Shown here: positions 40,186 through 54,277 of the stretch, piece after piece
How positions within the stretch are numbered: the stretch's first letter is position 1
Layout of the letters: every line of letters starts with the position of its first letter
NCBI GenBank assembly: GCA_951406725.2
Contig: OX597819.1
Span: 52,576,001-52,640,000, forward strand
Reading direction: 5' to 3'
Length of the DNA stretch: 64,000 nucleotides
Origin: Octopus vulgaris
Lineage: Eukaryota
The notes under the pieces: model-generated
Seen by the model: the letters and a program-made list of their open reading frames with translations, nothing else
Told to the model about the DNA's origin: nothing
Databases searched by the model: none
Position numbers and translations under genes: made by a program

Positions 40186-41155
40186 GATATATATATATAT
40201 ATAAAGGTAGATACATGGAGTCAGATAGGGATAGATAAGTTTATAAGAATCAGAGTTAGAGACAAGAGAGAAAGAGAAGCAAGAGAGAGAGAACAGATAA
40301 GACAGAGATAAATACAATGCAATGAAAAAGAAGAAAAATGGAAAGAAAGGAGTAAAACAAATGAAAAAAAATACAAAAACAAGGAAGCATAAAAGAGAAT
40401 GGCAATGATTGGAGGAAGAGAGGGAGGGGGAAAAAGAATGTAGTAAATAAAAAAATATATATATAGAAACAAAGATATGAGTATAAAAATGGTAGGAGAA
40501 TAAATAAAAATAGAGAAAGAGACAGAGACGATGAAAACAGAAGAATAAAAAAAAAATGAAAGGAAAGCAAATCAGCATGACAAAAATAAAAAAAGGAAGG
40601 AAGGAAAGAATGAACCTGTAACCTAACACTGAATGCTGGTTTTTAAGTATGTAAGGCCCCCATTACAGAGGAGTGCAATTGGATGTTTCCTCAACAACTT
40701 TTTATTGTAGAACTTATGATAATCAGAAGAGAGAGACAGAGCGAGAGAGAGAGGCAGTGTCTGGAAATTTCCTACCTAATAAACGTACTCAAAGGAAGTT
40801 ACTGACATCGAGTTCAGTTTTACAGCTTCAGAAGAAAAGATGCAGCAAAGTGGTAGCTAAGGGGTTAAATTGCTGGGCTTCCACTGTCTAATTTCGTTTA
40901 AGCTATTACAAACTACAGCCTACGCAAAGAAATATAGCCCCCTTTGCTTATCACAGGTGGGGGTGGATATTTTGTTTTTGGCCTGATGGGTACAATAGGC
41001 TCTGCTCCCACCTTTGTCACTAGTAATTAGCAATCACTATGCAGTCAACTAAAAGGCAACAAACCATTTTTGTTCCTCCTTCCATCACATCCATGCTTCA
41101 GTTGAAAAGGAAGTGAAAATTTTCAAAATTTAATGATAATAATAATAATAATAAT

Positions 41156-41511
41156 AATCCTTTCTACTATAGACACAAGGCCTGAAATTTAGGGGTAGAG
41201 GACCAGTTGATTACATCAACCCCAATGTTTCACTGGTACTTAATTTATCAACCCCGAAAGGATGAAAAGCACAGTTAACCTCAGAGGAATTTGAACTCAG
41301 AACATAGCATTGGACAAAATACCACTAAGCATTTCGTCCAGCATGCTAACAATTCTGCCAGCTCACTGCCTTAATAATAATAATAATAATATTCCTTTCT
41401 ACTATAGGCACAAGGCCTGAAATTTGGGGGAAGGGGGTAGTCAATTACATTGACCCTAGTGTGTAACTGGCACTTATTCCATTGACCCCCAAAAGGATGA
41501 AAAGGTAAAGT
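41156..41511 (-). mobile_element. Tandem SINE family B copies in an (AAT)n tract
   Basis: Full copy 41156-41372, (AAT)n spacer, then partial copy 41393-41511. Confidence 0.85.
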
Positions 41512-41950
41512 CTTTATATGTGGCATCAGCACAAGAATAATGATAATCATAATAATAATTTATAACAAAGAATAGAATCACAAAAATGGGAGGAGGGAGT
41601 GGTCAATTAAGTAACATCATATCCACCCATCCTGCCCTCTTACCCCTGAAAATTCTAGTTATTTTATTAACCTCCAGTAAGATGGAAGGCCTAGGTTAAC
41701 CTCAGCAGGATTTTAAAAAAAATTTTTTATCAGGTGGTCGATTTGACTACTATTTCAAGTTGGTCATGCAGGTAACTATTCTGGACCTTTTATTTTGTTG
41801 AAACTGATTCACTCCTGGACATGAGTTTAAGGTCAATAGTTCAGGTTAGGACAAAAGTAATCGTGAAATTGTCTGAAAACTAACTAACCCTAGGACATGA
41901 AAATTTAGTGCTAGACCAATATTAAAGATGAGATGATTTTAAGAAAGACA

Positions 41951-42330
41951 TGGCTGAGTGGCTGTGTGGTAAGTAGCTTGCTTACGAACCACATGGTTCC
42001 GGGTTCAGTCTCACTGCATTGCACCATAGACAAGTGTCTTCTACTATAGCCTCAGGCTGACCAAAGCCTTGTAAGTGGATTTGGTAGACGGAAACTGGAA
42101 GAAGTGTGTGTGTGTGTGTGTATGTTTGTGTGTCTGTGTTTGTCCCCCAAACATCTCTTGACAACCGATACTGGTGTGCTTATGTGCCCCATAACTTAGC
42201 AGTTCGGCAAAAGAGACTGATAGAATAAGTACTAGGCTTTCAAAGAATAAGTCCTGGGGGCGATTTGCTCGTCTAAAGGCAGTGCTTCAGCATGGCCACA
42301 GTCAAATGACTGAAAAGAGTAAAGAGAGAG
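41951..42330 (+). mobile_element. SINE family A, full length
   Basis: Matches the 35239 copy throughout. Confidence 0.9.
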
Positions 42331-42991
42331 CCAAAGGTTGCCTTTTGCTAGTGTGTCATATGCATTGACTATAAGTGGCTTACTCTATCTAGGACAGTGA
42401 TGCTGAACCTATTTGTTTGCAACCTAAACTGGTAGGCATAATTCTGCAACCTAAACCGTGTCATGGCATAATTCTGAGAGGGTCACAAAGTCAAGACCTT
42501 TCAGTTGTGAAATATTTGACAACATGTAACGTGTTCATGAATATATGTTATGCAATAAGCTACAACCACAAGAGCCAAAGAACAACATATACTGCAAATG
42601 AAAAGGAAAAGAAAAAAAGAACTAAGAAATATTACTCTTAGAAATGCTTTAACTATTCATGTATTAAATTTTGAGAATATTATTTTCTAGTTAAACGTTA
42701 AAGACAGGGTCGCACAAGATGATTGATTTGATGAAATAGCTTGCAATGATGAAAGGTTTGGAAGGCTATAACCAATCTGAAGCCAAACAGTAGAATATAG
42801 GATATAAATTTGACCTGTCCATTTTGAATATGAGAGTAAGCAAAGCCAATGATTGGCTCAGTGGTAGATTACTGTTTTGCTATAAGAGTCAGGTCAGTCA
42901 GGGACAAGTATGTCAATTTGAGGCAAAGTTTTTTTCAGAGGAGTTAAGTGTAGTAAAAACAAAAAAAAAAGTTCAATTTGTGTATATAAAT

Positions 42992-43220
42992 TTAACCCTT
43001 TTGTAACCAATTTTTTGTTGAAATACTTTGACTTTATTTCAACTAAGTTTTAAAATAATGAATAATTTGTTTAAATAATTTTGTCACTATTAAGCTAGTA
43101 TATGGAACATAAATTAACAAGAAATTCTGATGGAAGGGTTTACTTTAATTCATTTTAAAGCATGAACTTCGAATCATAGAAACAGAGGCAGTCTCAGACA
43201 AGTTGATATCAAAAGGTTTA
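42992..43220. mobile_element. TTAA-flanked MITE, opposite orientation to the 6265 copy
   Basis: TTAACCCTTTTGTAACCA ... TTGATATCAAAAGGTTTA. Confidence 0.7.
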
Positions 43221-46140
43221 TGGTATGATATTATAAGTCTGAAGTAAGAGATTTACCATAAGACAAAATTAGAGTCAAGAAGTAAAGGACAGACTATTTA
43301 AAGTCCAAGACACAATACCAGATAGTGTCTCAAAGAAAAAATAAGCTTAAAAGGGATCAATGACTGCAAACAATATCTCAATTAAGAATAATCGTTTACT
43401 AAAGAGCATGTACTTAAGGTCTGTGATTTTGTTTGAAACTAAGGGGCCTTGGTGATAGATAAAAGGTACCACCACCATCACTACTTGAAAAACCACCATC
43501 ACTACCTGAGAAACAAATTCTATGTGATTCAACAAAGGAACCCTTATGAGGTAGCTAAACCTTCTAGAAATAATAGTGAAGTCACCCATAGATCACTCTC
43601 TAATATGTCTGGAAAAAAATTTTTTTTGATAACAAGGACACAATAGATAATGTAATCCTAGTTACAAGATGTCAGAAGATGATAAGAAAAGACAGGATGG
43701 TCATGGTTAGAACACCTTTGATCAAGGGACTGCTCAATCAGGGCTTCATTGTTACTAAACAACAACTTCAATTCCCAGATGAAATAGCTTCACACCAATG
43801 CTCTCTAACTTAACGCAATTCCTCCACATTTACCTATCCCCGACACACATATCATCTTCTTCCGCTAGTCCTTTCCTTAATGAAACACGGTCCCTTAACT
43901 TGCCATTTTCATTTCACACTCAAACAGCTCCACGCTTTTATCATTTACATTTCACACATTCTTCCGTCTTGCTGCCTTAGCAGAATATTCTTAATTGACA
44001 TTAGAGATTAAAATTTGTCTTCTAGGTGTGCATGCTGCTTCTTTGGTTGAATTCTATGAAGGCGACAGAAGAAGGAACCATTTTATATTAGAAAGAATGA
44101 AAGTAAGAGCAGAGGGGGAGAAAGAGAGAGAGTGAGGGAGAGAGGGAAGGAAGGGTGAAGTGGTTGTGGAGGTGGGAGGGCTTAATTTGTATGCAGATGG
44201 CTGTATATTATGGAATCTTCGATAAAGATGAAAAATTAATCTTTTATCAATTAAAGATGTTTGGAAAGAGAAGGAGAAGGAGAGAAAGAACGAATGTGAG
44301 TAAAAATAAAATAAAAATAAAACGAAAATAGAAAATAAAAAAAAACAACAACATCGGGCAAGTAAGTCAACACAAGAGATCAGAGTTACAAGTTAAATAT
44401 AAACATCACATACATACACAAAGACACATACACAGATAAATATATATATATATATAAAAACACATACATGCATTTATGCATGCCGGCAAACACACATGCA
44501 CACATACATACAAACACTCGCTCTTAAAATCTCTTAATCAGTTATATTAGATTGAATCAAGATAAATATTTTACTCTTCTGTCAATATAAGGATATGAAA
44601 ATTAGTTCAATATAATTTAATCTTTCAAATTATCTTTATTTTTACAGAACGGTTTCTAATAATAATGAAATTAATTCTATCAAACCATCAGTAATTGATC
44701 AAGTAATGAGTTACTGCTGCTGCTGCTCCTGTTGTCGTCATCGCTGCCGCTGCTGCTGTTGTAGTTGTTGTTGTTGTTACAGTGATCATCAATATTCATT
44801 TATAACCCTTTCACTATGGCAATAATGCAAACAAATAAAAACACCCCCTCCCCAACCCACTACAGGGCTGTATTTTTATTCCATTTCTAAGTCACAGTGG
44901 TTCTTGAGTTGCTGTTTTAGGCATATGGGGTGGGCTGGACACCACCTGATAGGAGATAAACAGCAACTGGATTTTGATAATGAAAATGTGGGGCCTTAGG
45001 TTGGAATAGAAAAAAAACTTTGCAACAGCAGCTAAATATGGTGGAAAGTTAGACATCACAGTGTCAAACCAAGACAAAGTGCATGTTTAACGCATTATTG
45101 CAGTAGACAAGCTTGCTTTTTATGCATGCATGTATACATGAATGTATGCAGATTTACCAAGCCTCAAAGTCAAAAGTCATGAGAATTCAAACCTGGAGCA
45201 AGAAAAAGTAGTGAGAAATGATAAAAAGTGGTGAGATGCCCTCAAATTTCTTTCCAGCTGTTTTTGAATAGCAACGCCAGGTAACTTATTTTGTTTTGTA
45301 GAAGACTGCCATTTTTCACTGCAATCATTTTCTTCATCACTACTGATTCACATGTGCTACTTGGTTGTCTGTCATATTAGAATAAGATTGTTTTATTTTT
45401 GAAGTTGTTAACCCCCATAATTTCTAGCTTCTATGCAGTGCAACAGTAGACTTGAGCCCTAAGATTCTGAGCCAGTGTGTTAACACCATCCACTGCAATC
45501 ATGGACTGCACACATAATAAAAATTTCCCAACTGCATGATGACTTGAACCAGAGATGCTGCTGCTACAAGCAGAGTGATCTACAAGTAGGCCAAAAATGT
45601 GCCTCAGGACTGTGATAAGTCAATAGATGTTTTGAATTTTTTTTTCTTGTAGTTTGTCTTTGAAGGAAGCATGAGACACTGCTTGTGAAAACATGAGATT
45701 ATGAGTAAAATTATGAGACTCAAGACTTTGTTGCAAGTCTTGGCAAACCCGATGTGTGTAGTGGTGAAGCTTATGAGTTTGGATAAGTTCATGTACAGTG
45801 TAAAGAAGCAGCAATTTGATGTTAAGGGGGCGGCCCTCCATATGAAAGGGGGACAAAATGGAATTTCATTATTTTCACCATCATTAATCTTGCTGTCATT
45901 GCATTCATCATTTTCATCATCTTAATGTACACTTTCCCATATTCGCATAGATCAAGTGGAATTTATTGTATATAGATAGCCTCCCTGTTACCAACCCTTA
46001 CCTGTTTCCAAGCAAGATAAAAAAATTTTCTCTTCGCTGGACAAGTTTAGAAATGGATAATAGCACTTGTGACACTCATTTACAACTATAACATGATGTC
46101 TAGACAAAGCAACACTAAAACACACACATATATATATATT

Positions 46141-46330
46141 CTTTTATTCTTTTACTTGTTTCAGTCATTTGACTGTGGCCATGCTGGAGCACCGCCTCTA
46201 GTTGAGCAAACTGACCCCAGGACTTATTTTTGTAAGCCTAGTACTTACACTATCAGTCTCTTTTGCCGAACTGTTAAGTTACAGGGACATAAACACACCA
46301 GCATTGGTTGTCAAGCATTGTTAGGGGAGA

Positions 46331-46368
<38 letters not shown>

Positions 46369-46543
46369 TACATATATATAAAAATATATATATACAATGA
46401 GCTTCTTTCAATTTCCGTCTATGAAATCTACTCACAAGGCTTTGGTCAGCCTGAGACTATAGAAGACACTTGCCCAAGGTGCCACACAGTGGGACTGAAC
46501 CTGGAACCATGTGGTTGGTAAGGAAGCTGTTTACCACACAGCC
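46141..46543 (-). mobile_element. SINE family A, full length (older degenerate copy follows at about 46575-46846)
   Basis: Reverse-complement match to the family A copy at 35239. Confidence 0.88.
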
Positions 46544-47869
46544 TTATGTATGTCTGCTTTTGATGCTGGTATTTATTTTTCAAATCTGATACTTATTCTA
46601 TTTGTCTCTTTTCTTGAACTGTTCCATTAGAGGGAGCAAGCAGTGATAGAGGACAGACAGAAAGACACACACACACACACACAAACATGACAAGCATCCA
46701 TAGAGTTTCCATCAACCAAATTCCTTCACAAGGCATTGGTCAACTGACCCAGGGCTCTGGTAGAAGACACTTGCCCAAGGTGTCACACAGGGGAACTGAA
46801 CACAAAACTCTGTAACTGCAAAGTGAGCTTCTTAACCACACAGCCATAAGTATCTTTACTACAGAAAGGAAAAAAAAAAAAAGAGAAAAAAAGCCGGCTC
46901 AGCATTGAAGTTGATTTACTTGTTTATATTCATCGATTAGAGCAGAGCAGGTTGTATGCATGCAACACAACATAGAGGGAACTGGAGAGCCTTCACAAGC
47001 TGACCCCTGGACACAAGGAGGGCCCTACATGATGACAGTAGGGATGAATAGGCAATAAAATCAGCACAAACAGGATTTGAACTTAAGATGTCACATCTCT
47101 TTGATTAATACCAGACAGACAGACAGACAGACTTATTAATGTAGACTACAGAATCGGTGGAAGAACAAACAAATAAAAACTCTTTGGACAAATTCCAGAA
47201 GATGGTAAGTGAAAGAAAGAGCAAGACTAATACAGAATATACACACACACACACACGCATGTATGCATATGTGTGTATTGTATTTACACAATGACTATAA
47301 AGACATTTATAAGAAAAAGTATGTGTGTGCATGTGTGTGTTTATGGTGGTAGGGCAGGTGGGTGCTTCGTAAAAGGAAATATTTTATCACTACAACTGCT
47401 GTTGACAGTATGCTAAATATTTGTCACAAAAATGGGAGAGAAGAGGATGTTTCTGAGGACATAAAAAATGTATTATTACCCATTAGCCAGCTCATAAAGC
47501 CCAACTGTTGCTTCTCAGACACACACACACACGCGTGCATGCATACACACACACATGCGCACACACACCAAGAGTAAGCAGCAAGCATTAAACATTTTTA
47601 ATAACTGTGAAATTTGGAGTTGGGATGGATTTAAATTCTGTCAAGGGGATTAATCTTGGAGAGAGAAGACAAAGAAGAAAGTGAGAATTAAATTTCTAAA
47701 CTACCCAAAAAATAAAAATAATAAAATGAATAAATAAAAACTAAAACAAACAGAAAAAACAACTAAGGAGTAGCATATAATAATAGATCTGTAAGAACAT
47801 ATAGTAATATAAGAACACAGAATCAACAGACCCCCCCCCAAAAAAAAAGATGAGGAACTAAAACAAAAC

Positions 47870-48650
<781 letters not shown>

Positions 48651-49477
48651 AACACTTGTTACAGAGATAGAGAGAGCAGTGGAGAGTGGGATGGACATAC
48701 ATACATACTTACGTACGTACGTATGTACATGTATATCTTTTGATGTATTTTAAACTTACCACTTATAGCTTGATGGCTGGGATAAGTTATTTGTTTTAAA
48801 CAACCATTTTTACAAAAGAACTAAAAAAAAATACATGATAGGCAAAGAACGGCAAACATCAACTTAAATGGTTTGTGTAAACAATCTACGATAACAATAA
48901 CACCAGCAAAAATGCATAATAATAATAATAAAGATGATGATGATGATGATGATGATAAGCAAGTAAGAAAAATTTTGAAAGTAGTAGAAATAGAACAGTC
49001 TGGAATATGAAAAAAGGGGGAAAAAAATTGGTCGGTGATAATTGGGAAAACTAGCAACAAAGAAAAGAAAACAAAATAAAAATGAAACTGTTTTTTAAAG
49101 ATCAAATTAGATTTCCCTTGAAAAAATCAAAAAAAAAAGGAGAAAAAACAAAAAAGAAAATAAAAGGAAGACTGAAAAAACAAAATTTTTTTTTTTATAA
49201 AAGAGGAATTGCTACCATAAACATCATCATCATCATCATCATCAGCTGCTGCTGCTTTAATATAATGATATAGGTTAAATGAATTTATGCTTGAAAGCCT
49301 CTCTATCACCTTGTTTGATATGTTGTTAACCTCACTTCTCTCAATCTCCCTCTCAGGTCAACAGTTACCTACCTTGTTCAATACTTTTCTTGGCCTACTC
49401 TCAGATTTTGGGTTATCGACAATTCTGTCTATGTTTACCAAAAAACAGACAAACAAACATATACATACACATGCAAT

Positions 49478-49513
<36 letters not shown>

Positions 49514-50371
49514 ACTCTTGTATTTGTGTACCATACTTCCTACTACTCTATAATAAACATCTAACTTGTAGCCACTGAGCTTGTTGTAAGGTGTCTGTAG
49601 GCTCGTCATTCAAAATGCCACTGTATCAAGACTTTGTTTGGCTGATACCAGTCAAAGAAAACAGTACATTAATTTCATGGATGAGTCTTAGAAGCAAAGA
49701 AAAGAATCCAATGGATAGAAGAGTAAGAAAGAAAATAAGGACACAAGGGAGGGACAGATAGCAAAGGAAGGGAAAAACAACTGAAAATGAAAATGCAAAA
49801 AGATTGAGAACCATTCAACCAGCACTAATATAGAAAAATAAATGTAACAGTATAAGGGCAAAACTAAATGCCAGGCTATTTTGACAACTGAAAATGAATA
49901 CACACACACACAAACAAACACATACACACACACACACAGGTTGTATACACTGGCTCACAACACCAAGTATACAAGTTCTGGTTTACTACGTCAGGTTTCT
50001 AGTGCCCTACATGATTATTGTGTAGACACTAAAAAAAATCCTAGAGGCCCTTGAAATCTTCCATTTATGTCAAGTTTGATTGTGGCTGTTGTTATTGTTT
50101 TAATATCCGTTTTTCCATGCTTGCATGAGTCAGATTCCCTGGAGCAGATTTCCTTTAGTTAGAAGGTTCTGCCTGCCACCAACTATCAACAATGCCAAGA
50201 ATGATGATTTTTCCCACTGGTCCTTCAAACATGATCAACACAATAGCCAGATATGTTTTCATGAAAGACTATACACAAACGATGCTGCCTTTTCATCAAC
50301 AGTAACTTTGTTTACAATCAGTGTGTAAATATCAAAACAAGAAAACACATACAGACATACACATATATATA

Positions 50372-51640
50372 CAGAGGTTGGACAAAATAATGGAAACACC
50401 TAGCATCATAGCATGATAATTTTGAAATATCTATAAAACCGTCAATAGCTTGCTTATTTTTGTTTTGTGATTTATTATTAGTGTTGCTTAATATGTTTTG
50501 CTAAAATTGCTGTTTCTTTTCAGATATTATCAGAAAAAGGTAATTAAAATTCATTAAAATGACAGATCTATCAGACTTTCAAAGAGGTCAAATTGTTGGT
50601 GCTTGTATGGCAGGTGGTAGTGTAATGAAAACAGCCAAAATGTTTGGGATATCAAAAAGTACTGTCTCAAAAGTAATGACAGCCTTTGAGAAAGAGGGAA
50701 AACCCTTCTTGTTGAAACAAAACTCCAGAAGAAAACCAAAACTTTCAGAGGGACCATCAGATTCTTACATAAATTGTTAGAAAGCATCACAAAAGTACAG
50801 CTCCCAAAATTACTGCAGAGCTTAATGACCACCTCGACAACCCAGTTTCCACAAAAACTGTTTGCCAGGGGCTGCACAAAGCTGGATTTCATGGGAGGGC
50901 TGCAATCAGAAAACCACTACTTTCAAAAGCAAACGTTGTAAAGCATTTAGAGTGGATTAAAAACCTACAGAATTGGTCCCTGGAGCAGTGGAAGAATGTT
51001 ATTTCCTCAGACAAGTCATCCTTTATCTTATTTCCGACCACTGGCCGAGTATACGTGTGGAGACAGCCAAAAGAAGCATTTGACCCAGACTATCTTCTTC
51101 CAACTGTTAAACATAGAGGAGGATCTGTGATGACCTGGGGACTATATCTTGGAAATCCGCTAGCCCAATGGCTTCCCTTCATGGCAGAATTAATAGTCAA
51201 GACTATTTAAGCATTTTATCTGATCAAATTCATCCTGTGGTTGCGGAACTGCTTCCGGAGGGAAACGCAATCTTTCAGGAAGATAATGCACCAGTTCACA
51301 CAGCTAAAGTTGTTACTGAATGGCACGAGGAACATTCTAGTGAAGTTGAACATCTTATCTGGCCACCACAGGCTTCAGATCTCAATATTATTGAACATTT
51401 ATGGTGCATTTTAGAAAAAAAAGTAAGGAGTCAATATCTTCCACCATCATCACTACAAAAAATAGGAAACTGTTTTAGCTGAAGAATGGACAAAAATTCC
51501 TTTGGAAACAATTCAAACTTTGTATGAGTCCATACCTCATAGAATTCAAGCTGTAATTACAGCCAAAGGCAGTTGTACCCCCTATTAAAATAAATTTGTT
51601 TGAAATTTTAGGGTGTTTCTTTTATTTTGTCCAACCCCTG
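50372..51640 (+). mobile_element. Tc1/mariner DNA transposon, full length (1269 bp), DD36E type
   Basis: TA target duplication. 29-bp TIRs: CAGAGGTTGGACAAAATAATGGAAACACC and, as reverse complement, CAGGGGTTGGACAAAATAAAAGAAACACC (26/29 identical). Internal decayed transposase. Confidence 0.95.
50559..51588 (+). pseudogene. Tc1-like transposase, frameshifted with an in-frame stop
   Basis: HTH N-terminus MTDLSDFQRGQIVGA..., then VISSDKSSF (first D), PTVKHRGGSVM, FQEDNAPVH...SDLNIIEHLW and C-terminus ...AKGSCTPY*. AATAAA follows at 51589. Frameshifts near 50750, 51140 and 51460. Confidence 0.92.
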
Positions 51641-51654
51641 TATATAAATATATA

Positions 51655-52170
51655 CAATAAGCTTCTTACAGTTTCTCTCAACCAAATTCACCCACTGCAG
51701 CTAGAACTGAAAACACTTGTTCAAAGTGCCATACAGTTTAACCAAACCTGGAGCTGTAGTATTGCAAGACAAAGCTCTTAACCACACAGCCATGCCTGCA
51801 CCAATGGCCAGGCATGCAATCCAAGATTTTTTGTTTTTGCTTGTTTCAGCCACTGGACTGTGGCCATGCTGGAGCAGTGCCTTGAAGGGTTTAGAGAATA
51901 AAATCAACACCAGTACTTATTCTGAGTTTGGCACTTAATCTATCAGTCTCTCTTTGCCAAACTGCCAAACACAGGGATGCAAACAAACCAACACTGGTTG
52001 GCAAGCAGTGAGAGGTAAACACAAACATGTGCACATACACACAACTGACTTCCACGCAATTTCCATCCGTAAATTTATTCACAAGACACTGGTTGGCTCA
52101 GGGCTATAATGGAAGATGTTTGCCCAAGGTACCATACAGTGGAACTGAACTCAAAACAATATGGTTACTT
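51655..52170 (-). mobile_element. SINE family A head (51655-51802) followed by an older full copy (51835-52170)
   Basis: CTTAACCACACAGCCATGCCTGCACC head; CTTGTTTCAGCCACTGGACTGTGGCCATGCTGGAGCA tail. Confidence 0.75.
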
Positions 52171-52402
52171 CATGAAGATACACATACTGTATGTAGTGCT
52201 TACAGAATAAGCTTTGCCTCTCTCAACTGCTGCAAACAATAATGATCGTTTATTTCAAAGAGGTTTAAGTAGGCAGCAACTCTGTATAATCTCAGAACAC
52301 TTAAGACAAAGATCTTGGAACCTAAGTGTATAAGTACCAATAGAAAACACTTGAAATGAAGACATACAACCATAAATTAGCTACACTGCACATATTCCTT
52401 GA

Positions 52403-52662
52403 TTAACCCTTTGATTGTGGAAATTGAATTTCATGGTTATTCCAATAATAATGTCAACTATCTACTAAAAACTAGAATTTGTATTTTCTGCAAGTCACAT
52501 TGCCTCGATAAACTTGATATCTCTCCACAAAAAAAAAAAAAAATAGTTTCAAACATGACATTCCTGAACAAAAAATAGATTGGCGTATAAAATTGCTTTC
52601 CACAGTTAAGGGCAATGGAATTTTGAGAGGATATATCTGATTTCCACAGTGAAAAAGGTTAA
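52403..52662. mobile_element. Putative TTAA-flanked MITE of another family
   Basis: TTAACCCTTTGATTGTGGAAAT ... ATTTCCACAGTGAAAAAGGTTAA imperfect inverted ends. Confidence 0.5.
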
Positions 52663-53585
52663 GGGTTCCCTACAAACACATACACGCAGAAAAAGCTAAT
52701 TCCAATGCCATCATCTCAAAACACACACCAGCACACTCCTTTCCTTATAATATTTCCCAACCAATCCCAGGCAAATCAGAGCCCCTCTTGCCCAATGCCA
52801 CCTTCATTAAATCTTACCTACTGCTTCTAGTCTTCTAGTGACTATATGTTGTCATATACGCTGCACTCTGGCTCTAATGTTCAAAATAGATAAATGAATT
52901 TCATGCCCAGAAATGACACTCTACTGCAATAAAATATAATAGCTTTAACACCACTTCATTTCATTTCATCTTATTGTCTACCATCTTTTCAAGAGATTGA
53001 AATAACACATCTGTTATTTCAATCTCTCTCTCTCTCACGCACGCACGCATAATCATCTATCATTCACAGCTTCTTCCCATCACTACCATTAGAACTTTTT
53101 TCTTCCCCCGCTAGAACTTCATTCCAGAATGTTACCCCCAGAAGTATCACACATAAATGTCAAAATTTTCAACATGATTTACTATTTAAAAAAAACTATA
53201 ATCTTTACAATGAATATATTTCCCACATTTAGTTCATTTACTCAGTGTTTCAGTCAATTCTATCTCCAAAGATCAGCAGGTATTTTATTCTTCTAAGTGT
53301 CTGACCAAAACCCCAGACTTGGATTTGAACTAAGGAACTTTGTCTCTAAACAAAGGGTAATAATGTACATACATCAGCAGACTAGCGAATAAGAATGTTA
53401 TAAAACAGTTTAGATATAATGTTTTAAAATAATGGTTTATAGTTCAAATCCAGTCTAATTCTACGATCAATATACAAAAGTAAAACCCTTGATAGTGATC
53501 AGAGGTCAAACTGATTGAAATGTAGCGTAGATGTAGATAAAAACTCATGAATTAAATATAATCCTTTATCAGATATTCAGACAAA

Positions 53586-54060
53586 GACACAGGTATGGCT
53601 GCACAGTAAGCAAGCTCAATTTGCAACCATATAGTCTCAGGTTCAGTCCTACTGTGCAGCACTTTTACTATAGCTCCTAGCCCAGTGAGGGAAGTTGTTA
53701 GAAGGAAACTTGTGTGCATGTGTTAGCATATGTATATATGTATGTAGTGTATGTGTAAGTGTGTTAGTGGATGCATATATGGATGTATGTGTGCATGTTT
53801 GTGTATGTACATATGTATGTTTGTGGGTGTATGTGTCTCTTAGTGTTTGTCCCTCCCCCACCACTTGACAACTGGTGTTGGTTTGTCTATGTCCCCCCTA
53901 ACTTGACAGTCTGGTAAGAGAACCCAACAGAATATCAAAGTTGAAAAGAACCTAAGTACTGGTGGTGGTGGTGTTAGTCTGATATGTTTGACTAAACCCT
54001 TGAAGATGGCAACCCAGCATGGCTCTATAGTCCAATGGCTGAAACAAGTGGGTAAAAAAA
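53586..54060 (+). mobile_element. SINE family A, old degenerate copy
   Basis: CAGGTTCAGTCC B-box, CCACCACTTGACAACTGG body and CCCAGCATGGC...CTGAAACAAGT tail. Confidence 0.75.
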
Positions 54061-54277
54061 AAAAGAAGATAATTTGAAAATCCAGAATTCTTTTCAAGTG
54101 AAAAAAACCCCCACCACAAACAGGAAAATTCTTGAAAGAACTTGGTAAAGAGGTGAGGAGGTGGCTTTGTAGGTGAGCATGAAATGAAAGAGCTGTATAA
54201 CTGTTATACATGGTTGATAGGCTGGAGTGAAACTGTAATAAGCAGAGTTCTTTTTTGCTGAAAAGTAAACCATTTCC

